A stretch of DNA of 63,680 nt, filler included, from Octopus bimaculoides (lineage: Eukaryota), in the NCBI RefSeq assembly GCF_001194135.2. It is 6 parts of 6 records of this genome, joined end to end, with 100 filler letters (N's around TTAATTAATTAA, not from the genome) between each part and the next. Parts side by side here need not be neighbours in the genome. Positions count along the whole stretch, not along the records: positions 15,442 to 40,076 come from NC_068981.1; 5 more parts are not named here. One strand, given 5' to 3'. Every line of letters begins with the position of its first letter. Positions within the stretch are counted from its first letter, which is position 1. The notes under the pieces are model-generated. The model made no database searches. It saw only the letters and a program-made list of their open reading frames with translations, and was not told the DNA's origin. Position numbers and translations under genes: made by a program. This document shows, one piece after another, positions 24,321 to 37,667 of this stretch.

Positions 24321-25569
24321 TTGTCATGTGTGCTTATGTGTTTGTGCATGTGCCTGTGTGTTATGTGCATGCGTATGTTTGTGCTTCAAAGTGAGTGTGT
24401 GTGAGTGTGTGTGTGTATGTCTGTTAGTGCATATGCATTACAGCGGGTAGTGAGGCTATTGGGAATGTTGGAAATTGAGAATATCCAAGATTGAAGACGA
24501 ATACATTTCAAATTTGGTTATCTGAGCCTCAAAAGAAAATCAATACTAGTTGGCTTGTTACTTCGTATTGACAGAATGCTGATTACTTATAAGAATTACA
24601 TACCGAGCTTATTTGAAAGTGCCATTACGCTAGGGTGTTTCTTATGTTTACAAGGTATGCGTTGTGGATATTTACATAATATTAGGTAGTATTAACAGCT
24701 GTAAACGTCTTTGATGTCTTGTATAATCAGTAGTAGATAAATAAACTTCTTCATCATTTAGTTAATTGTCTCCATTCTAATTAGGTTGGCTAATATGCAC
24801 ATAACTGTGAATATATATGTATGTAATTATCTGTATGTACGTATGTATGCATGTATGTATTCACGCGTGTATGTATACGTTTGTGTANNNNNNNNNNNNN
24901 NNNNNNNNNNNNNNNNNNNNNNNNNNNNNNNNNNNNNNNNNNNNNNNNNNNNNNNNNNNNNNNNNNNNNNNNNNNNNNNNNNNNNNNNNNNNNNNNNNNN
25001 NNNNNNNNNNNNNNNNNNNNNNNNNNNNNNNNNNNNNNNNNNNNNNNNNNNNNNNNNNNNNNNNNNNNNNNNNNNNNNNNNNNNNNNNNNNNNNNNNNNN
25101 NNNNNNNNNNNNNNNNNNNNNNNNNNNNNNNNNNNNNNNNNNNNNNNNNNNNNNNNNNNNNNNNNNNNNNNNNNNNNNNNNNNNNNNNNNNNNNNNNNNN
25201 NNNNNNNNNNNNNNNNNNNNNNNNNNNNNNNNNNNNNNNNNNNNNNNNNNNNNNNNNNNNNNNNNNNNNNNNNNNNNNNNNNNNNNNNNNNNNNNNNNNN
25301 NNNNNNNNNNNNNNNNNNNNNNNNNNNNNNNNNNNNNNNNNNNNNNNNNNNNNNNNNNNNNNNNNNNNNNNNNNNNNNNNNNNNNNNNNNNNNNNNNNNN
25401 NNNNNNNNNNNNNNNNNNNNNNNNNNNNNNNNNNNNNNNNNNTACATATATACAGAAAGAGAGAGAGAGATATCTGTAAATAAGTATGCGTTTACTACAC
25501 ACAGATGCTTACTTATACTTATATATGTTTGTGTCTGTATTTGTATGTCTGTGTATATATAATGTGTTG

Positions 25570-25634
<65 letters not shown>

Positions 25635-26374
25635 CTGTATATATATATCTGTTTTTATGTGTACAAGATTATGTTTTATTTAATCTTAACATAATATCAA
25701 TATTTAGTGTATAATGACGACATCTATATAAAACAATGTCTTTGGGGAAATAATATCCCAAATAAACGCGAATATTGTGCACATATGTATAGTTAGAATT
25801 TGATTGTCGTTATAATAAGGTAAACATTGATTATTTCCTCATTCTTATAAAAGTAAATGATTAAAACATCGAAAGCAGTATCGAGATGACTTCCTTTTCC
25901 ACCCTAATAATCGTACTGAATATAAGGGTATATCTTTTACTATGCATTTATTGCAAAGAAAGTTACATTACGTCGTAATTTCTTTGCATCAGAAAGTACC
26001 TCATGATTAAAGAGCATATATGTGGTAGATAAAACTAATGTATATATCGGAAATCAACTAATTTGTCGAGTTTTAACTACTCGAAGATATTACAGTACTT
26101 AAAATCTTTGTTCAGTTTGCATACACGTTTTTAATCTTTAATATGTTTGCAACAAAAGTATTTGAAATACGGTATATTGTTTGAAATTTAGAACAAACGG
26201 AAAAAAAGACATTTTAGATCATAGTGCTATGAGTACTTCAATAATATTCCGGTATGTTTTATAAAATATATAAATACGTATATATGAACGTATGTGTGCA
26301 TGCATGTTTATATATTTATATATAGGAGAGAAAACATGTCAAAAAGATGGGTCAGTTCCTCTCCAATATTTTGT

Positions 26375-26750
26375 AACTTCTTTAATATATGTATTATAAT
26401 ACTTAAACTGTCTTGAACATTTTCTTATTATTATCAGAGAATGTATATTTGTATTTTCATATTTTGTGACAACCAGGCCTTAACACTACAAAGCTTATAC
26501 AAAGCCTTATATTCTAAACATATTCATCTTATTATTATCAAAGTATGTATATATGTATTTTAATACTTAAACTGTTTTTTAAACATTTCCTATTATTATC
26601 AAAGAACATATATATGTATGTTTTAATATATGTATTTTAATATTTAAATTGTTTTTTACATTTCCTTATTGTTATCAGAGAATGTATATATGTACTTTAA
26701 TACTTTTGTGACAACCTGTACTCAACACTACAAAGCTTATATAAAACTTT
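26375..26750. repeat. AT-rich minisatellite, ~60-bp unit with ~240-bp higher-order duplication
   Basis: ATATATGTATTTTAATACTTAAACTGT..CTTATTATTATCAGAGAAT recurs about 5 times. TTTTGTGACAACC..AACACTACAAAGCTTATA occurs at ~26463 and ~26705. Confidence 0.8.
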
Positions 26751-26899
26751 ATATTTTTCTTTTCACAATCTTTTTCTAAAAACGTGAAACCGGTAAAGTG
26801 AATAAACCTCTTTAAAATTGCATTTTCAAACCTTCTTTCATACATATTTCCACTCGTGCGGTATGTTGTTTTTGACTATACTGTATTGTAGGGTCAGCT

Positions 26900-27335
26900 G
26901 GGCTCAGTCTGTGAGGAAAACATCACCATGATGCAATTCTCTCTGACAGAACTTTGGAATCGACATGCTGTACGGCTTTGCGTTTATCCCGAATGCTCCA
27001 ATACGAACATTTGAGAGTGTTTGGATGTCAATCTAAGTGTTTGCTGTGCCCACAAACCATGTACCGAGAGTGGTATAAATAAAGCATCCAGTGAACATCA
27101 TGGTATTAGGAGCGACTACTACTGATGGTGACGCTATGCCTCCATTTATCTTTCCAAACGCTCTCAGATTCATCACGGAGGCCTACATTAAGTGCTGGAT
27201 AAGGTAGTGCTGCACTGAGTGAAGAGAGTGACTGCTGCAAGATTCTAGGTCTGGCGACATAACTCTGCACCATGCCATACAAGCAGGAGAGACAATTATG
27301 TCTGTCAGACGATTTCTGTGACCACATCACCCCTA
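26900..27335 (+). mobile_element. DD37D-type transposase fragment (deleted derivative)
   Basis: VPRVV*IKHPVNIMVLGATTTDGDAMPPFIFPNALRFITEAYIKC..VWRHNSAPCHTSRR..LSDDFCDHITP, homologous to 16700-16960. Confidence 0.75.
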
Positions 27336-29178
27336 TGTATATCCCAATTCGTTTATTTAGTTTACTAAAGTTTTAAAAATGATACCCTACTTCCAGCTGG
27401 TAGAAAATTTACTTTTATGCAAAAACCATCTTCATTGTTGTCTTCAATTGAAAAATAAGCCAAATGTAGAAACTTTGCAAGGCGTACTTGACTAACGCAC
27501 TCTCAAAATTTCTCGGATGTCAGCATGGCAGCATATTTGCTGCAAGCAATTTCATATCAGAACGAGGGTTTACATACCCATAGTTCTTACATACCCAAGC
27601 TTGGAATGTTATGAATATCATCGTTATGTCAGACGCGATTGCAGTCTTGATTTCAAGGCTGTTCGATTTGAATAGTATTACAACAGTATATTCCAAATGA
27701 GTAACATCTAAACTCTTTAAATAAAAGAGATCGCCATCTGAAACAGCATTGAATCACTACAAAATATATTTCTAAATTAAAAGCTATAAATGTTGCAGTC
27801 TAGATCGATCGTTCATTCTTTCCTGAACTTTGTCCAGATTTATAATTTTAAGTATATTATTTCCCTTGTTCGCTTTTTTCCGCGTAATCCATGTTTTTGC
27901 GAGGCTATGTTACTATGCTAATAAATAATGTATCAATTAATTATCTACTGATATTTGTAGGCCAAAACGTAGCTAGAGACCAGTCCTCTTCAAAAATTCT
28001 AACAGTTTCAATTTAGTTAAGAAATGAACTAGCGACAAAGATCTGAAGTTGCTGCATGTGAGTAAATTGCGGCCTTAAGAATATTATTAATCTACTACCG
28101 TAATTGCATGATAAGACATCCGTGATGCAGTCACCTGTAGCATGCTGAAGTTATTTTCCTATGATATTGTTTTCATCGTACGAGTGATCCTAAGAATTAG
28201 CTTCTTGAAATGTTTAGCGCTTAGAATTGTAGAGCTATTCTGAATGAACCGATTGATTTCACATTCAATAGTATCAGCAAAGTAAATGTGGGCAATAGAA
28301 TGCGTGTTCCAAAGGCACAGGAACGCTAACTAGCAAGTATCAAGTAATTATATTCCAATGAATAAAAGTTCCACACCATAGAACTAGAACAATCCCAAAT
28401 AAAATAATATTGTGTTTCAGAAGATGTACTTCTTATATGTAGATATTATTAAAACTTACAAGAATCAATATATTGCTTTAAAACTCCAGAAATGTTTCAT
28501 CAAGGTACACCTGATAGAGAATACGACACTTACTACAATATTTCCAATGGAACACAGCTGAAATAAATACATTTCCTCCCCACATGATGTTCAGGTCAAC
28601 TGTTTTCTAAGACATTATATGTGTCAGCGCCCACGCGCATTTCTCTGTATATTTATGTATATATGTATATATGTTTACACACATTAATATATATATAATT
28701 TCAGTTTTGTAGTATATTACTCCACATAGGATGACATGATAGTGCAATATTCACCATTAACAGCATGGTGCAGAAAACCTTGCTATTCCAAAATTACTTC
28801 TTTATCTGGGTTTCATATATCTCGCCCATACGCCTGCAGAAATCCGTAGAAAATTTAATTGGCAATCTTGTAATAATTAGCATTTCTATAAAATATCATT
28901 TTAAGATAACTCGAAGCAAGATAATATCCAGATTTTTTGCAGAATACAGAATTCAAATTGTGTTTTTGTCGGTATTTTCTCCTAACTTTTGCGTTTTTAA
29001 TTCTTCTATCATATTTAGTATTTCGACTGTTTGCAATTCTATGGAAAACATCTCCAAGAATATTACAAAGCAATATAGAAGTAGACGTTAATGGCCGAGT
29101 TTGAACATTTAGTTTATATTCAGATGCAAATCTAACACTCATACTTTCTCAATATTGACCGAGTGAATTATCAATCGT

Positions 29179-29219
<41 letters not shown>

Positions 29220-30009
29220 GATCTATCTATCTATCTATCCATCCATGTAATTAGTTGTTCCTCCAATTGCACATATTCACAACAAATCTATATACGGAGG
29301 CGTGTGGGTTTGTGCTCATGTTTTTAAGTATGCATAATGCGTATGTTTCTGTATATAATCCAACTTTCTACGTACCCATAACTGTGCAATATGCACACAA
29401 GCGAACGCAAACTTATATTCTTTTCAGAAGAACTGCATATATATATATATATANNNNNNNNNNNNNNNNNNNNNNNNNNNNNNNNNNNNNNNNNNNNNNN
29501 NNNNNNNNNNNNNNNNNNNNNNNNNNNNNNNNNNNNNNNNNNNNNNNNNNNNNNNNNNNNNNNNNNNNNNNNNNNNNNNNNNNNNNNNNNNNNNNNNNNN
29601 NNNNNNNNNNNNNNNNNNNNNNNNNNNNNNNNNNNNNNNNNNNNNNNNNNNNNNNNNNNNNNNNNNNNNNNNNNNNNNNNNNNNNNNNNNNNNNNNNNNN
29701 NNNNNNNNNNNNNNNNNNNNNNNNNNNNNNNATATATATATATATATATAACAATCAGAAAATGGAGGGTAATGTGAGGTACACATCAACTTGCAGACCT
29801 TGTATTCCGTTGATTAGTCTGTTTATTTTATAACTAAAATGACAAAAAACACAATATACAGACACTTATGACATACCATGTCATATCAGCAATTAAGATT
29901 TCAAATTTAAAGGACATTTAGCAATTGGAGAAGGGACAAAATCTTACAGCTGTTTCGGCCTAGTGTTGGCATTGGCAATGGAGCCATTTCAAAGAAGATA
30001 CAAATAGAG

Positions 30010-31030
30010 AGTGGTGTTCAACATGCCACTGACTTGGGACCACTGCTTTCAATAGTATCCCTCTCATTATGCTCGCAGCTTCCCAGATAGCCACCCTTGC
30101 TAGCTACGCAGACGATACGAAAGTCTCGCAGAAAATGGAAAAGACCTAGTGATGTTGCACGGCTGCTTCATGAGTTGGTCTCAATTTACAGATGGGTTCA
30201 GGTCAATAACATGCAGTTTAATGCTGGAAAATTCCAAGCCATGGGCTGGCAGCGCCAAAAAACTGAACCGAAAACTTACAGGGTATTACAATCCTGGTAC
30301 CTACCTCTATGTGGGACCTGAGTATCTATTTCCAAGTGCACATTACCTAGATGACGAGAAAGTACAGACGTCTGGATCCTGAGTACCTTCAGAACCAAAG
30401 GCAATCAAAAAATGATGGTTCTCTGGACGACATAAGGTTGTAGCTGCTTTGACTACTTCTCCCAACTATGGTCACCCCACAATATAAAATTAGCAGTGGA
30501 CCTTGAAGCAATCCAGCGAAGCTTCACAAAGAAGATTTTCTTATTGCAACAGCTCAGCTAATCGGAAAGGCTGAAATGACTAAGACTCTATGTCATGGAG
30601 TGAAGGCGGCAGAGAAAAGCAGTAATATACATCTGGAAGATTCTGGTAGGGATGGTACCGAATTTCGGCCTCGAAAGCCCCACAAATGCCAGAACGGGTC
30701 GCCACTACACAGTGCCAAAGATTCCAACGCTTGAGGACTAGTTACAACAAAAACCTCGGTTCACGGGCCTACAGATCTTTTTTTAATATTCTCCCAAAGA
30801 GCCTACGTGACCTAGACAAAGTGGATGTAGGTGTTTTCAAAACAAACCAGGATCTCTCCCTGCCGAGAGTCCAAGATGAACCATCTCGTGGAAGTAGGCG
30901 GAAATGAGGGCAGTGGTATCAAAGTCCCTTATTCACCAAATGCTACAAATCAGAGGAAGATCTCAATGATAACAGTGTAGCAAAACGGCAGTGCTGCAAC
31001 ATGGCCACATATTTGAGCTGAATCTGATAA
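30010..31030 (+). mobile_element. CR1/L2-group LINE 3' fragment (second family)
   Basis: SGVQ..LGPLL, LASYADDTKVSQK, NNMQFNAGKFQ, LEAIQRSFTKKI, FFNILPKSLRDL..DEP. Confidence 0.85.
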
Positions 31031-31032
31031 GG

Positions 31033-31088
<56 letters not shown>

Positions 31089-33604
31089 AATCTATATATA
31101 TATATATATATATATNNNNNNNNNNNNNNNNNNNNNNNNNNNNNNNNNNNNNNNNNNNNNNNNNNNNNNNNNNNNNNNNNNNNNNNNNNNNNNNNNNNNN
31201 NNNNNNNNNNNNNNNNNNNNNNNNNNNNNNNNNNNNNNNNNNNNNNNNNNNNNNNNNNNNNNNNNNNNNNNNNNNNNNNNNNNNNNNNNNNNNNNNNNNN
31301 NNNNNNNNNNNNNNNNNNNNNNNNNNNNNNNNNNNNNNNNNNNNNNNNNNNNNNNNNNNNNNNNNNNNNNNNNNNNNNNNNNNNNNNNNNNNNNNNNNNN
31401 NNNNNNNNNNNNNNNNNNNNNNNNNNNNNNNNNNNNNNNNNNNNNNNNNNNNNNNNNNNNNNNNNNNNNNNNNNNNNNNNNNNNNNNNNNNNNNNNNNNN
31501 NNNNNNNNNNNNNNNNNNNNNNNNNNNNNNNNNNNNNNNNNNNNNNNNNNNNNNNNNNNNNNNNNNNNNNNNNNNNNNNNNNNNNNNNNNNNNNNNNNNN
31601 NNNNNNNNNNNNNNNNNNNNNNNNNNNNNNNNNNNNNNNNNNNNNNNNNNNNNNNNNNNNNNNNNNNNNNNNNNNNNNNNNNNNNNNNNNNNNNNNNNNN
31701 NNNNNNNNNNNNNNNNNNNNNNNNNNNNNNNNNNNNNNNNNNNNNNNNNNNNNNNNNNNNNNNNNNNNNNNNNNNNNNNNNNNNNNNNNNNNNNNNNNNN
31801 NNNNNNNNNNNNNNNNNNNNNNNNNNNNNNNNNNNNNNNNNNNNNNNNNNNNNNNNNNNNNNNNNNNNNNNNNNNNNNNNNNNNNNNNNNNNNNNNNNNN
31901 NNNNNNNNNNNNNNNNNNNNNNNNNNNNNNNNNNNNNNNNNNNNNNNNNNNNNNNNNNNNNNNNNNNNNNNNNNNNNNNNNNNNNNNNNNNNNNNNNNNN
32001 NNNNNNNNNNNNNNNNNNNNNNNNNNNNNNNNNNNNNTATATATATATATATATATATATATATACGCATGCACACACACGCACACACGTGCATTAGTGA
32101 ACAAATGTGTGTTTCGACAAACCACGCAAAACGACAAGTCAGTAAATCCAGCTTCAATATTGTTACTTTCGTGTTCGCTTCCATATTAGGTATGCTGCAT
32201 GCATTCAGTATACTTAAGCTAATGAATTTTTCGCATAGTATTTCATGTCTTGAATGAACGCTTTTGATGTGTTATTCTAATTATAATTACACTAGTCGCA
32301 TAGCAAATAATTTAGCCCTCATTTGGTATGAAACATTTTAAAGTTGTACTTTCTGTTACATTTCTAATTTTCATGTGTCTTCCAATCAATGAAATGGTGG
32401 CTTGATAAGCTAAATACTACAAATAAATGATACAGTTGTGATGTGTACTATTTATCTCAATATTTATTTCATTTAACCTCTCAATCCAGCCTGTAGCCGT
32501 TTGTTACTTTGCCAAATTCAAATATATAGATAGATAAATATGCTCCGAAAATCGCACAGCTATATTTTCAGTTGGACGCATGAACGATAGACTAAAAATT
32601 TATTACATAAAGCTGTAGTGCCTGGGTCAAGATATATCTGCAAAATATTTTCGAAAAATATCTGGTTGCGCAACCTTGCGTGTGGCTAGATGGAAAATAT
32701 TTGAAAGTCGAACAGACTGATTATACTAGCATTTAAGATACCAAATCCATCTTCATACATTTTTTAAACTCATATTCTGTTTGGAATCTCCATTGAATAG
32801 AATTAACTTGGAAATACTGTACCAGTTAAATCATAGTTTAACTAGCATGTATTTTAATTTGTCGTGCAAATAAGGTTTTTGACAGAGGGTACATTACAAA
32901 CTGCAATTACTATTACTAACCTACGATGTTTAAAAAACATCATTATCATAATTGCTATTATCCGTACAATGTATAATATACAAATGGCGTTATCAATCTA
33001 TGCATATATCTGCACTCGATATTATACATACCAGTACTAAAAAAGATTTATATTTTACTAAGCATTTCAATTACTCATGCCCGAACAACTGGCAGCTAAA
33101 TTGTTTCTTATCAGTACACGTAGAACTTCGTTAACTGCACTGTGAGTTGCAACATTCCGTAGCAAAATCAGCTCAAATTTCATTGCTACAAACCTAATAG
33201 TTAATCTAAACTGGTTCAAGAAATATTTTCCAAATTCTGTTATAAGAAAACATACTTCTATGCAGATTATCGCTTCCTAAATAGTTCGTTCTTAAGCGAA
33301 CTATTTATCACTGATAGAGTCGCTACTACCACCACAGATAGCCAGCCATTACCATCCATCAACACTATCAATTCCTGAATGAGGATTTACTCTTTTCCGT
33401 AACAATCACATTCATGACTGCTGCTATAGCCAACACATGAAAATTGTAAAATCAATAACTTTCGATCACAGATGGCTTAGCAGGTGATTAATCATTTGTA
33501 ATTCATTTTAACTTGTACTACATCCTCTCCATAATCCAATTGTCTCGACACCTATTTTTCTACTATCACTAAGCCATCTATTACTGCGATGCTGTCACAT
33601 TGAC

Positions 33605-33670
33605 ATGAAGTCTAAGGTGCCGATGAAGTGGTTCGTTTTAGTGCTGGTGTTGGCGCATTTCTGCGTGTTG
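33605..33670 (+). CDS. Candidate signal-peptide exon of an unidentified secreted or membrane protein (MKSKVPMKWFVLVLVLAHFCVL)
   Basis: Basic N-region plus hydrophobic core, exactly 22 codons ending at TTG|GTACGT. Possible upstream UTR intron 33484-33573 (CAG|GTGATT ... TTTTTCTACTATCACTAAG). Confidence 0.4.
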
Positions 33671-33983
33671 GTACGTTCTAATAAATTTTGATTACTAGTC
33701 TGTATGAATGCACACGTGCGCTGTTTTGTTGTTATATAATGACTTTTGACTCTTATTGAACAATTTTCAATTACACACATTTATTATCATAATTTTTTTT
33801 TGTATAGTTATATAATTGCTTTGAAAATTTGATGTTACTATTTCAAACAAATATATATAAACTTCTGCATACTTCACATTTATCTCTTTTATACATTATA
33901 TTTTAAATAAAAACAATTGCGTATCCAAGAAATAATATAAAAAGTTGCATGTTTGGATATATTTAATGTATTGACGTTAACAG

Positions 33984-34007
33984 GACCAATTTATACACAC
34001 TTGGAGA
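33984..34007 (+). CDS. Candidate 24-nt microexon
   Basis: TTGACGTTAACAG| ... |GTGAGT; phase-0 reading DQFIHTWR. Splice motifs only. Confidence 0.2.
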
Positions 34008-34189
34008 GTGAGTATCGTGTAAGGTGCAGTTTTAATAAGTTCTACAGAATGTATTTGCTAAAGAACAACAACATTAAAAATAGTCAGTATTATATATATT
34101 GTTCCTATAGGTATAGCTGCTATATATATATATATATATATATATATNNNNNNNNNNNNNNNNNNNNNNNNNNNNNNATATATATACTC

Positions 34190-34560
34190 CGACACTGACT
34201 CATCCGAAATGGCTCAAATTATGCAATAAGTTCCATAACTTCCAAAGAATTTCCATTGTGCTTAGTTCCTATGTTGTCTTCACAACGGCTAAAAGACGTT
34301 CCTCGATTCGCTAGGAATATTCTCAAGGCCGCAACGCACCGCAACATTTCAGTCAAATCTTTTTTGTTTCCTGTTCTTTTTCCTGTTCTAATTCCCTATT
34401 AACCTCAGAACATTCCTTACGTTTTCTGGCAGAAAATTACATAACTCAGTCTAGATCCAAAGATGGAACATTAATATCCATTTCAGTAGGTTCCTGTGAT
34501 TCTTCATCTTCAGTATCTTGAGTTGGTACATTATTCTTACTAGCAAATCTACCGATCTAC
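34190..34560 (-). mobile_element. hAT (Tip100/Blackjack-like) transposase remnant
   Basis: Minus translation LANRGTSFSRCEDNIGTKHNGNSLEVMELIA*FEPF resembles the LAxRGxxFRG..HNGNxL..ELxAxFDPFL motif. Confidence 0.6.
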
Positions 34561-35789
34561 GATGGAGCTATAAAATGGGGGAGGGAAGTCATAACAGCAG
34601 TATCTAATGAGAAATATGTAAATGGGCTTAATACATTACTGGGTGACGTCTGAGAGAAGTCACAATATTTTTGGTGATACAGCATTCTATTGCAGCTATA
34701 TGACGTGTTTGCAATTAAATGATATGTGATGACTATTCACTCCAGAACCGAACGTTTATGTAGTTCACACTTAACAAAAGCCAGAAGAAGAAAAAATGTT
34801 ATTTAGACATACTTTTATTTTAGTTGTTACACTATTTTACTCTTGTGTATACTCTTATACATACACACATTTCCCTATTTAAATTATGAATCATATTCCT
34901 TTCTTTCGATAACATCAATATGATTACAAAACGTCTTTTTAGACGATATTTTCTGTTTGATCGACACTCATTTTCAAATTTCTGGAGTCCCCTGCTCTAC
35001 TCATAGCGACGTATAACTGACATGTTTAAACATCGGAGTGGGTAAAAATATATCTACACGATATATAAAGTCTGGCCCTGTTTCTTGCTTGCTGTGAATG
35101 CGCGAGCAGAATTTATAGGTCTGCAAAAAATCGAACTAAGACTTACCCCTCACTGTTTTGTGCGAATAATGTTTGGACGTTCTGGTATCATGGGTCATTT
35201 TGATTGACAAATCTGAGATGTAAACAACACTTGCTTCACTTAGTCGTTTCGAATCCTGCTCGAGACTGACAGTCTTCAATAACCACTAAATAATCCCACA
35301 CACTATATACTGACACAGTTTTTCCATTTTATTTTCGCTATTAACCACCGTTGCGACCCCTTGTATCTATGATGAAGCCACGAACTATACGATAGAAATC
35401 CAGAGTTGCTCGCGGTCGGTGAATTTTTAATAAAAACGTGAAGGTGGTTTATCAATTAAAAAATCGATGTCCAAGAAATAATCATACTTTCTGATTTTTT
35501 AATGTTAAAATTATTCCTGACGACCGTCTTTGTAATCCCGAAAAATATATTAACCATTGGTTCAGCTGCTTGGCCGTGAAGACGGAAGAGACAAAGGGAC
35601 GTACAGACAGACAGATGAACATAACGCCCATTATAGAAAGAGTTTCTGCTGTTGCACTGAAGAGTGACTAGTTTCTCAAAAAAAAGACATCTGTTGCTAA
35701 TTCTTCATTAATTTCTAAATTTTCCTTTCTTGAAACAAAGAAATAATTGTAGAAAGCATTGTATCTTAGCCAATATAATTCTCACTTCT

Positions 35790-36130
35790 AAGGCGGCGAC
35801 CTGGCAGGAACGTTATCACGCCGGGCGAAATGCTTAGCGGTATTTCGTCTGTCGTTACGTTCTAAGTTCAAATTCCGCCGAAGTCGACGTTGCCTTTCAT
35901 CCTCTCGGGGTCGATAAATTAAATACCAGTCACGCACTGGGGTTGATGTAACCGACTTAATCCCTTTGTCTGTCCTTGTTTGTCCCCTCTATGTTTAGCC
36001 CCTTGAAGGCAATAAAGAAAGAAGTAACGTTAACACGCCAGGCGAAATGTTTAGCGGTATTTCGTCTTTCTTTACGTTCTGACTTTAAATTCGAAATTTC
36101 GGGCCATGTCACTAGAGTAGAATAAATATA
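35790..36130 (+). mobile_element. Tandem family B SINEs (full 35790-36020, partial 36025-36130)
   Basis: AAGGCGGCGACCTGGCAGG..GGGCGAAATGCTTAGCGGTATTTCGTC..GTCGACGTTGCCTTTCATCC..TTTGTCCCCTCTATGTTTAGCCCC. Confidence 0.9.
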
Positions 36131-36627
36131 ATTTCACTTGTTTCTTTGGAAAATTTTTTGACTTGAGCTTAACATTTGTGGTGTACTAGAATATTATCTG
36201 AATATAAGCAAATAGAAAATAATCTCAAAAATAAAAGAAAGTGATAAATGATAAATCTCAAGTAAACTCACTTCCTTTAATCAACCCACAGGCATTCTTG
36301 GCCAGGCAGATTACACATGATTCTGTAGTTGTTACATCTGCGGTACACAAGGAGGTCTGCAGTCAAAGTGAATCAAATGTTAATAAAAGTGTTCAAGCGA
36401 TTAACATGTCAAGGATTAAAGATTAAGAATTTCGTTTTCATTAAATCAATTTTCTTTAAAATTATGTTTCACTTTCATGAGGGTCTGGAAACGAATAAGT
36501 GGCATAAATGTTTCAGAAAAATGTTAGGCTTGAAAAACAATTGTGTATTTCCTTGATCCTTCTAAATTTCAAACAATCATGTAAAGATATTTTAACTTAC
36601 AACGCTACCTTACTTTTGTTAATAAAA

Positions 36628-36662
36628 ATGGCGTCTGCAAATGTAACGGATCAAAACGATAG
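36628..36662 (+). CDS. Candidate first coding exon (MASANVTDQND)
   Basis: AAAATGGCG start context and AG|GTGAG donor; no linked exons found. Confidence 0.25.
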
Positions 36663-37667
36663 GTGAGGAAAGAAATATAGTAAGGTATTTTTGGATTCTA
36701 ATTAAGATGAGTTGTTGTTAGTGATGTCCTTGACTTTATTATCATTGTTGTCATTTCTTTGATTTTTTAACATCCGCCTATTTACGACTGGGAAATTATA
36801 GTAGTAGTCATCTGCTGATATAACAACTAGTGATCAAACAGAGCTTGTTGAAAATCGTCATCCTTTGTTCAATTTTAAAATAAATTTGAAGAATAACACC
36901 GGCGAGAGTAACAGTACTAAATCACTAGCCTCAGTGAAATTTATTTGCAAGAATACCACGAAAATGACATTAACAACACGTTGTTAGGCCAGCATCTCAG
37001 GAGAACACGCCATATGTAAACCTTAGAAACATAGGATTTTAACTGTTTGACACACTAGAACGACAATGAGAATAATAAACGAAATACAAAAAAAATGAAA
37101 GAATTGGTTTGGTCTAATGAAACACAGAAATCTTAACGAGTTGTATTCCCAACTTGAAAGAAGTAAAAACTGTTTTTATATAAGGCGTGATGTTACACAA
37201 AGGATATAATGCCAAATTAAAATTAAAATTTTGGAAACTATACAGCGTTACCTTTTTTGTCATAAACATATTGACCAGCTTATCAAATTATTTGTTGTCG
37301 ATCAGAATAAAAAATGTAGTTTCGGAAGTGGAAATAAAAGAATGTTCGATTATTTGTATGTCCGTGTTTATGTGTGTTTGCAGGGTGGTGCGTACTTGTT
37401 TCATTCTTTAGACAGACAGACAACATGATAGGTGAATAGATAGAGTGATAGATAAATGTGGTAAATATTACTCTTCAGACAGTTAGGGTTCCCAAAGTTG
37501 CTATTGGATGACGTGGGATTCAGTAAGTGCCGTCGCTAAAGCATGTGGTAATTTATTTTAAGAAAGAATATGGCATATATTTACGAAGTATTTTAAAATA
37601 TATATCTTAAGAACTACATTGTTGGAGGCGCACTTGATGCAAAGGAATGGGGCATCATGATGTACAG

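Noticed and set aside
28765-29142. ORFs of 108 and 95 aa, and a possible minus terminal exon 29038-28953 (LQTVEILNMIEELKTQKLGENTDKNTI*)
   Set aside because: AT-rich, no recognisable homology, and no linked exons; cannot be supported without transcripts.
35230-35285. Minus TTGAAGA..GAAAC
   Set aside because: The intervening sequence does not form a helix II closing on the core.
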